Made by a program: the position numbers and the translations under genes. DNA of 64,000 bases from Acidobacteriota bacterium (GTDB lineage Bacteria; Acidobacteriota; UBA6911). Position 1 is the stretch's first letter. Each line of letters opens with the position of its first letter. The stretch covers positions 128,001 to 192,000 of the forward strand of contig OY761556.1 of assembly GCA_963664705.1 (NCBI GenBank), read 5' to 3'. The notes beneath the pieces are model-generated. The model had not been told where the DNA came from. It saw only the letters and a program-made list of their open reading frames with translations, and made no database searches. Shown here piece after piece: positions 19,374 through 28,700 of this stretch.

Positions 19374-22300
19374 CTAATGTGGTTGCGTAAATTCCAGATC
19401 ACATCTCGCACAACGCCGCGCTTCCGTCAGGACATCCTGTTCGGACGGGCACAACTCCACTTCGTGGAAACACCCCTTCCGCTGTACTACGGGCAGCAGA
19501 GGCACTTCCAGCCGAACCGCGTTGCTGTTCTCGTCATCTTCCGATGTCACAGGTTCCACATAGACGGACGGGAGCTTCACTTTCGGCAGGACCTTCATCA
19601 GCTTGCCGGCGATATAGCGATCGATCATTGTGGCCGCCTGCTTTCCGGCTGCCACGGCTTCGATCACCGTATTCGGTCCGCTCACGACATCGCCGGCTGC
19701 GAAAACTCCGGCTCTGTTGGTGGCAAACGATTCGCTGTTGATGCTGACCGTACCCCAGGATGTTTTGCCGAGGGCTTCCATTCCTGCCGTATCCGGTTCT
19801 TCACTGATCGCTACAACCAGCGTATCCAGTTCCGCATCGAATTCCGATCCCTTGACAGGGACGGGTCGACGGCGGCCGGAAGCATCCGGTGCGCCGAGTT
19901 CATTGCGGAGGAATCGAACTCCGGTCAACTTGCCGTCTTTGCTGTTCACGGCCACGGGCGTGACCAGTTCTTCGATCTTAATTCCTTCGGCGAGGCCGGC
20001 TTCCACTTCTTCCTTATAAGCCGGCATTTCCTGACGTGTGCGCCGGTAGAAGACCGTGACGCTCTCGACTCCGGGCTGTCGGAAGGCGACGCGAGCCGCA
20101 TCCATGGCAGAGTTGCCGCCGCCAAGGATACCTACGCGTCCTTTGGCCATCGATACGTTCTTGAGATTATATGCCTTCAGGAACTTGATTCCCGGGATGA
20201 CGCCTTCGACGTCTTCACCCGGAACATCCAGCTTCTTGCTGGCATGCGATCCGGCCGCAACAAACACCGCTTTGTAGCCGTCCTCGAAAAGCTTGTCGAT
20301 CGAGAAATCGCGACCCAGTGCCTGTTCATAGCGAACATCAATATTGTTATTCAGCAGGGAGGTGATTTCCCGGTTCAGGACTTCTCTGGGCAACCGGTAT
20401 TCCGGTATCGCGGCTGTCAACATGCCGCCGGCTCTATCTTCGCGCTCGAACAGCGTAATTTTGTGCCCCATCAAGGACAGCGAATTGGCTGCGGCAAGCC
20501 CTGTCGGGCCGGCGCCGATGACGGCGATCTTCGCGGAGTCCGGACGTGCCGGAATTGCCGGAGGTTTGTTGCTCGGAATGACATGGTCGACAACGTAGCG
20601 CTTGAGCGTACGGATGGCGATCGGCTGTCCTCCCGTGGCTCCTGCCCGGCATACTGCCTCACAGGGGTGATGGCAGACTCGGGCACAGGCGGAGGGGAAC
20701 GGATTTGCGTCGCGGATTACCTTGTAGGCGTCTTCGTACTCGCCGCGAGCGATGTGAGCCACATAGCGCCACACTTCCGTCCCAACCGGGCATCCGGTCT
20801 GGCAGGGGGCTCCTACCAGTTCCTTGCACGATCCGGCCGGGCAGCGGCGCTCGAACACGTGCGCTTCATACTCATCGCGGAACCATTTCAGGGTGCTGAG
20901 GACCGGGTTCGGAGCTGACTGGCCAAGGCCGCACAGGCTGGTGGACTTGATCATCTCGCCCAACTGCTGCAACTGCATAATGCCCTGGACGCGCAACAAG
21001 GCATCCAGCTCGTCTTCCTTGTGGCGAGGTTTGGTCAGCGCTTCAAGAATTTCGAGCATGCGTCTCGTACCTTCACGGCACGGGATGCATTTACCGCAGC
21101 TCTCATTCTGAATGAATTCCATAAAGTACTTGGCGAAATCCACCATGCAGGTCGATTCATCAAGTACGACCAGCCCGCCGGATCCCATGATAGTTCCGAA
21201 CTGTTTCAGTTCTTCATAATCGATCGGAATGTCCAGGTGTGCTTCAGGAACACATCCGCCCGAGGGGCCGCCCGTCTGGACCGCCTTGCAGGTTTTGTTG
21301 TTCGGAATTCCGCCGGCGATTTCCTGGACGACTTCGCGCAACGTGGTTCCCATCGGGATTTCCACGAGGCCCGTGCGCCGAACCATTCCGGAGAGCGCGA
21401 AAACTTTGGTTCCCTTGCTTCCCTTGGTCCCCATGCTGGAGTACCACTCTGCGCCGCGGTCGATGATGAGCGGTATGTTTGCCAGGGTTTCAACATTGTT
21501 GATGACGGTCGGTTTGCCAAACAAGCCGCTGACTGCTGGGAATGGCGGCCGCGGGCGCGGCATTCCGCGCTTGCCTTCAATCGAGTGAATCAGGGCCGTT
21601 TCTTCACCGCAGACAAAGGCTCCGGCACCCATCTTCAGCTTGATCTGCAGGTCGATACCGCTGCCCAGAATATCGTAACCAATCAATCCGCAGGCTTGCG
21701 CCTGTGCGAAGGCTTCGTTGAGATGCTGGATAGCCAGCGGATATTCAGCGCGGATGTAGATGTAAGCCTTGGTAGCGCCGATGGCATAGGCGGCAATCAG
21801 CATGCCTTCAATCAGCCTATGCGGATCGCTTTCGGCTACCGCGCGATCCATGAACGCGCCCGGGTCGCCTTCATCCGCATTGCAGATCAGGTATTTTTGG
21901 TCCGCCGCTGTTGCCCGTGCGAACTTCCATTTCTTTCCGGTCGGGAACCCGCCACCACCGCGGCCCCGCAGTCCGCTGAATTCCACCAGGTCGCACACCG
22001 CTTCAGGCGTCATCGTACGCAATACGCGGGCAATCGAGGAGTATCCACCGTGGGCGATATATTCTGAGATATTTTTAGGATCAATAATGCCGCTTGTTGC
22101 CAGCACCACACGGACCTGCCGAGACAGGAAAGGATGTTCATCAAGATAAGGAACTCCAGTCCATATCTTTCCCGATTTTGCACGATATTGCCCGAGGGTT
22201 TCGTCCGCCGGGACCTTCTTGTTGACGAGAACGCTGTCAAGCAGCCCAGCGGCTTTGTCTGCAGTAATGTTCTTGAAGCTGACGCGTGAACGGCCGGGGA

Positions 22301-22637
22301 GTTGAATGTCAACGATCGGCTCGTCCGAGCACATGCCGTTGCACCCGACTTCGACAATCTGGGCATCAATCTTTTTCTCTGCGACAAATTCCTTGATGGC
22401 GACGAGAGTTTTGGCTGCTCCCGCACCGAGACCGCATGTGCCGGCACCGACAAAAATGACCGGTTTTTCCACTGTCTCTCTGCGCAGCGAGGCCAGCAGC
22501 GCATCCATCTGTTCCTTGCCCTGCGCGGCTGCGCTTACAAAGGGCTCGGCCTTGAGATCCGCAAGGAGATCTTCGGAAACGCCGCCGAAGTTCACCCAGC
22601 AGGAGTTGCCCTTTTCTGTTTTTGCTTTATTTGCCAT
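19374..22637 (-). CDS. hydB: NuoF/HydB-like FMN subunit fused to a GltD/NfnB-like FAD/NAD(P) oxidoreductase domain
   Basis: Thioredoxin-like 2Fe-2S N-domain; GLRGRGGGGF, NADEGDPGAFMDR, GAFVCGEET, ESCGKCIPCREG; then PCQTGCP, CARVCHHPCEAVC, IGAGPTG, GGGNSAMD, YRR, AGD. Confidence 0.9.
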   Translation of the reverse strand: MANKAKTEKGNSCWVNFGGVSEDLLADLKAEPFVSAAAQGKEQMDALLASLRRETVEKPVIFVGAGTCGLGAGAAKTLVAIKEFVAEKKIDAQIVEVGCNGMCSDEPIVDIQLPGRSRVSFKNITADKAAGLLDSVLVNKKVPADETLGQYRAKSGKIWTGVPYLDEHPFLSRQVRVVLATSGIIDPKNISEYIAHGGYSSIARVLRTMTPEAVCDLVEFSGLRGRGGGGFPTGKKWKFARATAADQKYLICNADEGDPGAFMDRAVAESDPHRLIEGMLIAAYAIGATKAYIYIRAEYPLAIQHLNEAFAQAQACGLIGYDILGSGIDLQIKLKMGAGAFVCGEETALIHSIEGKRGMPRPRPPFPAVSGLFGKPTVINNVETLANIPLIIDRGAEWYSSMGTKGSKGTKVFALSGMVRRTGLVEIPMGTTLREVVQEIAGGIPNNKTCKAVQTGGPSGGCVPEAHLDIPIDYEELKQFGTIMGSGGLVVLDESTCMVDFAKYFMEFIQNESCGKCIPCREGTRRMLEILEALTKPRHKEDELDALLRVQGIMQLQQLGEMIKSTSLCGLGQSAPNPVLSTLKWFRDEYEAHVFERRCPAGSCKELVGAPCQTGCPVGTEVWRYVAHIARGEYEDAYKVIRDANPFPSACARVCHHPCEAVCRAGATGGQPIAIRTLKRYVVDHVIPSNKPPAIPARPDSAKIAVIGAGPTGLAAANSLSLMGHKITLFEREDRAGGMLTAAIPEYRLPREVLNREITSLLNNNIDVRYEQALGRDFSIDKLFEDGYKAVFVAAGSHASKKLDVPGEDVEGVIPGIKFLKAYNLKNVSMAKGRVGILGGGNSAMDAARVAFRQPGVESVTVFYRRTRQEMPAYKEEVEAGLAEGIKIEELVTPVAVNSKDGKLTGVRFLRNELGAPDASGRRRPVPVKGSEFDAELDTLVVAISEEPDTAGMEALGKTSWGTVSINSESFATNRAGVFAAGDVVSGPNTVIEAVAAGKQAATMIDRYIAGKLMKVLPKVKLPSVYVEPVTSEDDENSNAVRLEVPLLPVVQRKGCFHEVELCPSEQDVLTEARRCARCDLEFTQPH

Positions 22638-23100
22638 TTTTGGACTCCGTTTCCCGGCACTCTTGAATAATTTGGACCAGCTTTTGAGGCGTCACCTTTG
22701 CGTAAAACTCGCCGTTCAGGTTCATCACAGGTGAAAGTCCGCAAGCTCCCATGCACGCGACTGTCTCCAGACTGAAGAGACGATCCCGCGATGTTTGACC
22801 CGGCTTCAGTTTCAGCATTTTTTCGGCCATATCGAGAACGCGATTGGATCCTTTGACATGGCAGGCAGTCCCACGGCAGACCATAAAATGATATTTGCCC
22901 TTGGGTTGAAACCGGAATTGATTGTAAAAGGTTGCAACTCCGAAGATTTTTGTGGTCGGCAGGTTGAGGTGTTTGCTGATACGAATGACTGCTTCGCGTG
23001 ACAAATAGCCTTCTATTTCCTGCACTTCTTGGAGGATAGGAATCAGGGCATCTCGGCCAGCCCTGGGGTGTTTCTGCAGAATGGCATCCACAGCATTCAT
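22627..23100 (-). CDS. hydC: NuoE/HydC 2Fe-2S subunit
   Basis: VATFY, CRGTACHVKG, CMGACGLSP. Confidence 0.93.
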   Translation of the reverse strand: MNAVDAILQKHPRAGRDALIPILQEVQEIEGYLSREAVIRISKHLNLPTTKIFGVATFYNQFRFQPKGKYHFMVCRGTACHVKGSNRVLDMAEKMLKLKPGQTSRDRLFSLETVACMGACGLSPVMNLNGEFYAKVTPQKLVQIIQECRETESKNGK

Positions 23101-23768
23101 GAATTGCTCTCCTTATAAACAGACAACATCTGCCTGTCCGACGACCGCTCGGACTGGCGCGCAAAGTAGGCCACCTTGTCCATGGACATGGCCAAATCAA
23201 TATCCTCGACGTAAACGTCGGGGGGGACATGAAGAGGAGTCCTCGCAAAATTAAGAAATCCGCGGACTCCAGCGCCTACAAAAGTATCGGCGATGAACTG
23301 AGCTTCTTTATCGGGTACGGCAATAATTCCTACGCTAATGCCAAGCTCCCGGATCACACTATCCGCTTTTTCGATCGAATAGCACGGGCAGCCTTGAAAC
23401 ATGCGGTCATACTTCTCAGGGTTGGTTTCAAATGACGCGGCAATCCGGAGCGTCGGACGGCGTCCCATGAAGTACTTGAGCAGGGCGCGACCTATATTCC
23501 CGACTCCTGCAATGGCCGCCTTTTGCTCCGTTGCAGAGAAGAGAAACGCTTCGATATGCTCCCGCAGCCGAAGCACGTCATACCCGCGGGCAGGGGTCCC
23601 GGAATAGCCAAGAACCATAAGGTCTCGGCGTACCTGGGCTGGCGTGACATGGGATTTTGCTGCCAGGAAATGTGAATAGACGTGAGTGAGTCCCTCGGCG
23701 GCGAATTCCCCTAAATTACGCCAATACAACGTTAAACGGCCAACTGTTCGATGTGGAACGATCTTCAA
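23097..23768 (-). CDS. rex: Redox-sensing transcriptional repressor Rex
   Basis: RLTLY, QVRRDL...GY winged helix; GVGNIGRAL Rossmann motif; FLNFA; TTG start. Confidence 0.92.
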   Translation of the reverse strand: MKIVPHRTVGRLTLYWRNLGEFAAEGLTHVYSHFLAAKSHVTPAQVRRDLMVLGYSGTPARGYDVLRLREHIEAFLFSATEQKAAIAGVGNIGRALLKYFMGRRPTLRIAASFETNPEKYDRMFQGCPCYSIEKADSVIRELGISVGIIAVPDKEAQFIADTFVGAGVRGFLNFARTPLHVPPDVYVEDIDLAMSMDKVAYFARQSERSSDRQMLSVYKESNS

Positions 23769-23796
23769 GTCTATATCCCTCGTGAAAACAAACGCA

Positions 23797-23814
23797 TTGT
23801 GAACTGATTCACAA
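23797..23814. promoter_or_regulatory. Rex operator
   Basis: Perfect TTGTGAA-ctga-TTCACAA, 28 bp upstream of the rex start. Confidence 0.93.
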
Positions 23815-23933
23815 TTAATAGCAAGCGAAAAATAAATTAATTTTATAGGTAGGGCGGATTCCAGTAGATTTTGGAATAGGTGGTTACCGCAGGGAGCGTG
23901 AGCGGGACGGTAAATGCCGCATAATTTTTGAAG

Positions 23934-23968
23934 GATTCCAGATTCCAGATTCCAAATTCCAAATTCCA
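23934..23968. repeat. 7-bp tandem repeat (RATTCCA)x5
   Basis: gattcca three times followed by aattcca twice. Confidence 0.85.
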
Positions 23969-24140
23969 GACACGCTGTCCCAGCTAATGCCGCATGCTGA
24001 TTGTAGCTTGATTAACGAGATGAAGCTGGGGGCTCAATGGGAACGCGGGGCCTCGCCGGCAAGGTCATGGACTGCTTGCATGGCGCTGATGCCGCTGGGA
24101 TGGCGGGGGGGGGGGGGGGGACAGACTTTATTTTGGGGAG

Positions 24141-24219
24141 AAATAAAACAGCGGAAGGCTGGAGTCGCCCAGAGCCCGTAGACTCTGCCAGCCTTCCGCT
24201 AATCCAATGGCTAGAGATG
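24141..24219 (-). ncRNA. Candidate sRNA A (sibling of 56588-56658)
   Basis: TGn-TAGCTT -10-like element, then TCTCTAGCCATTGGA, a 13-bp GC stem (24150-24162 with 24188-24200) and a U-rich tail; no gene follows directly. Confidence 0.5.
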
Positions 24220-24291
24220 TATTTAAGCTAACATGGAATATCGCGGAATAAAAGTAATAATTAGTTAAAATTGGTAATAAAGAGATAGGCA

Positions 24292-24337
24292 GTTATCAAA
24301 GACTTGAAGCGCCGCGGCGCCTCAAGTCTTCAATAAC
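24292..24337 (-). terminator. Hairpin downstream of TonB receptor 1
   Basis: aagacttga.gcgcc / ggcgc.tcaagtctt inverted repeat. Confidence 0.55.
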
Positions 24338-24345
24338 CGTAATGC

Positions 24346-26715
24346 TTAGAAGCGATATCGGAGGTTCATGTACCAGTTGCGACCCGCTTCCGGATAGCCT
24401 TCCTGGTAATAGTAATTGCGATCGAACAGGTTCTTGACCCCTGCCTGCAGGTCCAACCCGGTGCAGATCGGTACGACGCCGCCGAAATCCGCCGTGGCGA
24501 ATTTTGACGCAGGAATGATAAGCCCGGAATCATTGGTGGTGATGGTGCCGCTTTCATACCGGGCTGTTGCCAGAAGCTGAACCCTGCGCGGCAGGCGGAT
24601 GCTTGCCGTACCAATGGCTCGGTGCTTGGGTGTTCCGGTCGGATAGACGCCCAGCATGTTTACCGGTCCTTCCATTGTGCGGTTCAGGAAGGTGTAGTTT
24701 GCGTCCACGGTCAGTCGTGACACTGGCGTGGTGCGGACCGTGAATTCAACGCCCTGGTGGACCTCTTTCCCGATGTTCACGGATTGCTGGCATGTGCCCA
24801 GAGGAAGAGACGGGCATTGAGTCGGGAATTGAGCTGCGATGGTGGCGTTTTGAATGGCGTCATACACATCGCTGCGATACAGGTCCAGCTGCATCATCGT
24901 TTTGAAGGCGAATACGTGGGAATACCCGGCACTCCAGTTTCTGGAATGCTCCGGCTGTATGGCGGTGTTCGGGATTGCCTGACCGTTTTTATACGAATAC
25001 CGGTCCTTGAGCGTGGGGAAGTGACTCTTTTCGGCAAAGGTAAAGAACAGGGTTCCTGAGTTCGCGAACGTATAGGAAATCGATGCCAGCGGGTTGAAGG
25101 TCCAGACATTCAGCAGGCATGCCGTGAACGAATCACTGGCTGCGCCGTTGCAGGGGAAGGGCTCAACCGTGTAGACCGTGGTGGCGTTTTTCCCGCTTCC
25201 GACCGTGGTGGTAACCAGGTTCTGCGCTTTGGCGGCGTTCAGGTGGTCGATGCTGAAACCAAGGGTGGCGCGGAATCGCGACGAAAGCGTGATGGCATCC
25301 TGGAAACCCATCGAATATTGCTGATCCCGGTCGGTTCTCCAGGGCTGATAGGTCGGGACTCCGGCGGTGGAATAGGAAACGCCGGTTTCCTTGTGCGTGT
25401 CGTCCTTATAGAAGAAGGAAGCGCCGAGCGCGTGCCGTGAAAATGAGCGATTGGCGAATTCGGCGGATGTTCCGGCCGAGAAATCGTCATAGGCGGAAGT
25501 GCTCGACAGGGTCGAATAGGTCCCGCTCGAATACTGATTCATGCCATTCGGATATTTGTCGTAGAAGGCACGGAATTTGATGGAACTGGACTCTCCGAGG
25601 CCGGTGTTCGAATTGAAGTAATAGCTCTCCCGGTCCCAGTATGGCCATTGCCAGTAGCGCACCTTGTTGGATTTGGTGTCGTTTCCGGAGTATGGGGGAG
25701 CCGCGTAATCCGCCTTTTGTTTGGTGAAGGTAAAGACGTATTGATCTTCGCTTCTCGGCGTCCAGCCGGCTCTGCCGCTGTATCGCGCATCCCGCGTATA
25801 GGAATTCACCCGATTGTAGTTCGGCTGAGTCGAATTCAAAACAAAGTCGCCGGAAAGGGGATAATAATTGGATTCCAGCCAATCCATGCCGCCGCGGATA
25901 AAAAACTTGTTCCAGCGTGATCCCAGGTGCAATCCCGATTCGAGCAGATGTCCGGAGCCCGTCCCGATCGATGCATCGCCCTCGAGCTTCTTTTCGGGCT
26001 GCCGGCTGACCATATTGACGGCGCCGCCAAGGCCGTTGGGGCCCAGCAGCGGCGAAGAGTAGCCCTTGGCTATCTCAATCTCTGAAATGTCATTGGTAAG
26101 GAAACGGGCAATATCCGCATATCCATCGTAGGGCACAAGAATGGGTACGCCATCCAGGTAGATCCCCACCTGCCGCGTGTCAAATCCACGGATCATGATG
26201 CCTGCCTGGTTCCTGGCTGCCTTGTGGTCTACGGAGACTCCGGGGATAAACTGGATGGATTGAGCCACATTGGTCAAATGAGAATTGGCCATGTCCGTAC
26301 GATCGACGCTGTCGGTAACCGGCGACAGCGGGGAGGTTTCCGCTGTTACGCTGATTTCGGTTACGCCCAGTTCGAACGATTGACCCGGATCTTCCTTAAT
26401 GATCGCTTCGACCGCTTCCTGTAGTGCGGAAACCTGCCCTTTGATCTGCTCCGCATTCCATGGTTGAGCGGGAGCTGCTGCGAGCTTAATGCTTGAATTG
26501 GGGTGCAGCCTCAGCCAGAACTCAACGGCGGTGCGGATCTGAATGACCGCATCCTTTTGGGCCTCGAGCTCAGCTGCCGGCATGGCCTGGATGGAATCGA
26601 GGCTTTCACGCCAGGTAAGAACTTGCTTTGTCTGACCGCTCAGGACGGCAGCCTGACAAAGCAAAGCGAGCAAAACCACAAAGAACCGTATTGACCTGAA
26701 GTTTTTGAAATGCAT
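24346..26715 (-). CDS. TonB-dependent receptor with an extra ~90-aa N-terminal domain
   Basis: Signal peptide; ISVTA TonB box; plug IRGF...DGVP...GGAVN; C-terminal NLFDRNY...GRNWYMNLRYRF. Confidence 0.93.
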   Translation of the reverse strand: MHFKNFRSIRFFVVLLALLCQAAVLSGQTKQVLTWRESLDSIQAMPAAELEAQKDAVIQIRTAVEFWLRLHPNSSIKLAAAPAQPWNAEQIKGQVSALQEAVEAIIKEDPGQSFELGVTEISVTAETSPLSPVTDSVDRTDMANSHLTNVAQSIQFIPGVSVDHKAARNQAGIMIRGFDTRQVGIYLDGVPILVPYDGYADIARFLTNDISEIEIAKGYSSPLLGPNGLGGAVNMVSRQPEKKLEGDASIGTGSGHLLESGLHLGSRWNKFFIRGGMDWLESNYYPLSGDFVLNSTQPNYNRVNSYTRDARYSGRAGWTPRSEDQYVFTFTKQKADYAAPPYSGNDTKSNKVRYWQWPYWDRESYYFNSNTGLGESSSIKFRAFYDKYPNGMNQYSSGTYSTLSSTSAYDDFSAGTSAEFANRSFSRHALGASFFYKDDTHKETGVSYSTAGVPTYQPWRTDRDQQYSMGFQDAITLSSRFRATLGFSIDHLNAAKAQNLVTTTVGSGKNATTVYTVEPFPCNGAASDSFTACLLNVWTFNPLASISYTFANSGTLFFTFAEKSHFPTLKDRYSYKNGQAIPNTAIQPEHSRNWSAGYSHVFAFKTMMQLDLYRSDVYDAIQNATIAAQFPTQCPSLPLGTCQQSVNIGKEVHQGVEFTVRTTPVSRLTVDANYTFLNRTMEGPVNMLGVYPTGTPKHRAIGTASIRLPRRVQLLATARYESGTITTNDSGLIIPASKFATADFGGVVPICTGLDLQAGVKNLFDRNYYYQEGYPEAGRNWYMNLRYRF

Positions 26716-26941
26716 TGTCTCTCTTTCGCTAAACCGTTAAATTAGAATATTCTTATTGCCCGCAATCCACGTCAGGAGGTGGCTTCAGTCTGGGCAGGCC
26801 CCTCTGGAGAAAATTCTCCCAAAGAGCCACAAGATACGCCCATAATGTACCAGATTGTCTTGAAAATATGAAATTCACAATCCGTTTGTAATTGTATGGC
26901 GGGACATGCTAAAAATTGGGAAATGGCTGGAGGATTCGTTA

Positions 26942-27550
26942 ATGTATAGATTGTTTGCTGTTCGCGATGGTCTCGCCGCGGCGGGACGGCTGCATCCTGT
27001 AGCAAAAAATCAGGACCGCATTTCTGCCAATGAAATAGCCCTTTTGTTCGTTTGCGGCGCAGTTTCCGCATCGGTGATTGCCTTTGTGCGGTTGGGCCTT
27101 CGTTTACCCGGGCACTCCATTGTTCTCTCCATGATTCCAATGGCTCTGGGCCTTGCTCTGGCTCCACGCCGTTTTAGCGGATTCATCATGAGCGCCGGCG
27201 CATTTGCCACGGCCTCTGCCTATACCGCCGCGGGACTGGCGCAATACGGTTCCGGTGCATTCGTCAGCCTTTGCCTGCTTGGCCCTATGATGGATCTGGC
27301 CTTAACAAAGGTTAAGGGCGGCCTGCGTCTTTACCTCAGCTTTATTATTGCGGGAATTGCCACTAATCTTATGGCTCTGGCATCACGAAGCACCAGCAAG
27401 TTGTTGATGATTGATCCGGGAACGCGCCCGTTTGGCGGATGGTGGTCTCAAGCCATCATGACCTACTCCCTGTGTGGGGCTCTTGCCGGCCTGATTGCCG
27501 CCCTGTGCTTTTTCCAATTCCGCGCCCGGCAATCGGCAGATTCGGAATAG
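26942..27550 (+). CDS. Integral membrane protein, possibly ECF S-component-like
   Basis: About six hydrophobic helices; LRLPGHS motif; GGAGG RBS; family assignment is inference. Confidence 0.65.
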   Translation: MYRLFAVRDGLAAAGRLHPVAKNQDRISANEIALLFVCGAVSASVIAFVRLGLRLPGHSIVLSMIPMALGLALAPRRFSGFIMSAGAFATASAYTAAGLAQYGSGAFVSLCLLGPMMDLALTKVKGGLRLYLSFIIAGIATNLMALASRSTSKLLMIDPGTRPFGGWWSQAIMTYSLCGALAGLIAALCFFQFRARQSADSE

Positions 27551-27554
27551 CGCC

Positions 27555-28274
27555 GTGGTATTTGTCGGCATTGATGACACAGACATTGTCGGGTCCCCGG
27601 GAACGAACCAGTTAGCCCGCCTGATACTGAGGCGCATTGGTGCGCTGGCTCAGGATGCCGTTATCTGCAGGCACCAGCTTTTCTTTGATCCGCGTGTTCC
27701 GTATACAAGCAAAAATGGGTCGGCCTCCATTCAACTGCCCAAGGCTGTGCCCGGGGATATCCCCGGCCTGACGACTGCCATCCGTGAGGTGATGCTGGGC
27801 TGGTTTGTCGAAGGGAGCGATCCTGGTTTGTGTATAGCGACCGGGGCCACCGATGAAATGATGGCATTCAGCCAGCGCTGCAAATGCGAAGTGATTACCC
27901 AGGAGGAAGCACGGGTGATTGCGGCGCACGCGGACTGCTATCTTGAAGGTTTGGGGGGGACGCAACAGGGCATCATCGGAGCGCTTGCGGCAATCGGCCT
28001 GGTTGTCGGCGGGAACGATGGCCGCATTGTTCATCTGTCCTGGTGGCCTTATCCGGAAGACGGATTTTCCGGCTGTCAGGATATCGAGGCCATTCAGGCC
28101 CGTGGCGTTGATGAGATTCGCCAGGCGCAGTCCGAGTTGCCGGTGACCTCCGGCGTTGTGGATGTCGGCAAGCATCTCCGCCCCAATCGAAGAGGCGGGC
28201 GCATCATTCTTTATGTGGAACCGAATCTCGGCCCGGACTCCACCGCCGCCTGGCGTTCCGTCAAACTTCTTTAG
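27555..28274 (+). CDS. GIDDTD-motif protein (TiaS N-terminal domain-like, lacking the OB fold and Zn ribbon)
   Basis: FVGIDDTD, RHQLF..P.VPYTSKNGS, SDPG, GIIGALAA. Confidence 0.8.
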   Translation: MVFVGIDDTDIVGSPGTNQLARLILRRIGALAQDAVICRHQLFFDPRVPYTSKNGSASIQLPKAVPGDIPGLTTAIREVMLGWFVEGSDPGLCIATGATDEMMAFSQRCKCEVITQEEARVIAAHADCYLEGLGGTQQGIIGALAAIGLVVGGNDGRIVHLSWWPYPEDGFSGCQDIEAIQARGVDEIRQAQSELPVTSGVVDVGKHLRPNRRGGRIILYVEPNLGPDSTAAWRSVKLL

Positions 28275-28350
28275 TGCGCTCCCGGTCTTTGTATCTTCGA
28301 GCTCAGGGTATATCTGCGTTACAATGGCATCCTCAAATGACGGAGGCTGC

Positions 28351-28677
28351 ATGAGAAAAGTTCCTATCCGCTTTCAGGAATTCACCAAAAATTATCCCAA
28401 AATAGCCGCGGCCTACGAGGAGTTGGCGGGAGAGTGCCGGCGTTCCGGACCTCTCAGCGATAGAGATCAGGCGCTGGTGAAGATAGGGATTGCCGCCGGG
28501 GCACAATTGGAAGGTTTGGTGTTATCGCAAGTGCGGAAAGGTTTGGATCTTGGCCTTCAGCCTGACGAGATCCGGCAGGCTATTCTGCTCAGCCTGCCAT
28601 CCATCGGATTTTCCGGCATGATGGCAGCGTTCACCTGGGCGGAGAATGTTCTGAACGAGGAAACCGAACAGAAATAA
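28351..28677 (+). CDS. Carboxymuconolactone decarboxylase (CMD/AhpD-like) family protein
   Basis: GPLSDRDQALVKIGIA, DEIRQAILL...IGF; GGAGG RBS. Confidence 0.85.
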   Translation: MRKVPIRFQEFTKNYPKIAAAYEELAGECRRSGPLSDRDQALVKIGIAAGAQLEGLVLSQVRKGLDLGLQPDEIRQAILLSLPSIGFSGMMAAFTWAENVLNEETEQK

Positions 28678-28700
28678 TATGCGGAATGGAGGAGATCGAA

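Noticed and set aside
19230-20918. 562-aa plus-strand ORF and other long antisense ORFs (for example 16406-17437, 18244-19377, 52051-53139)
   Set aside because: Shadow frames opposite well-supported genes in GC-rich DNA; no motifs.
17635-23100. Selenocysteine read-through or frameshifts in the hydrogenase genes (AOR genes also checked)
   Set aside because: All of these frames are open and full length, with no in-frame TGA at Cys positions.
26770-26835. Possible riboswitch upstream of TonB receptor 1 (gtggct/agccac and ggagaa/ttctcc stems)
   Set aside because: The stems are short and competing, and I could not find the conserved cores of cobalamin, TPP or Moco/Wco riboswitches; an Infernal search would settle it.
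26863-26880. Second Rex box
   Set aside because: Only the TTCACAA half-site is present; the left half does not match.
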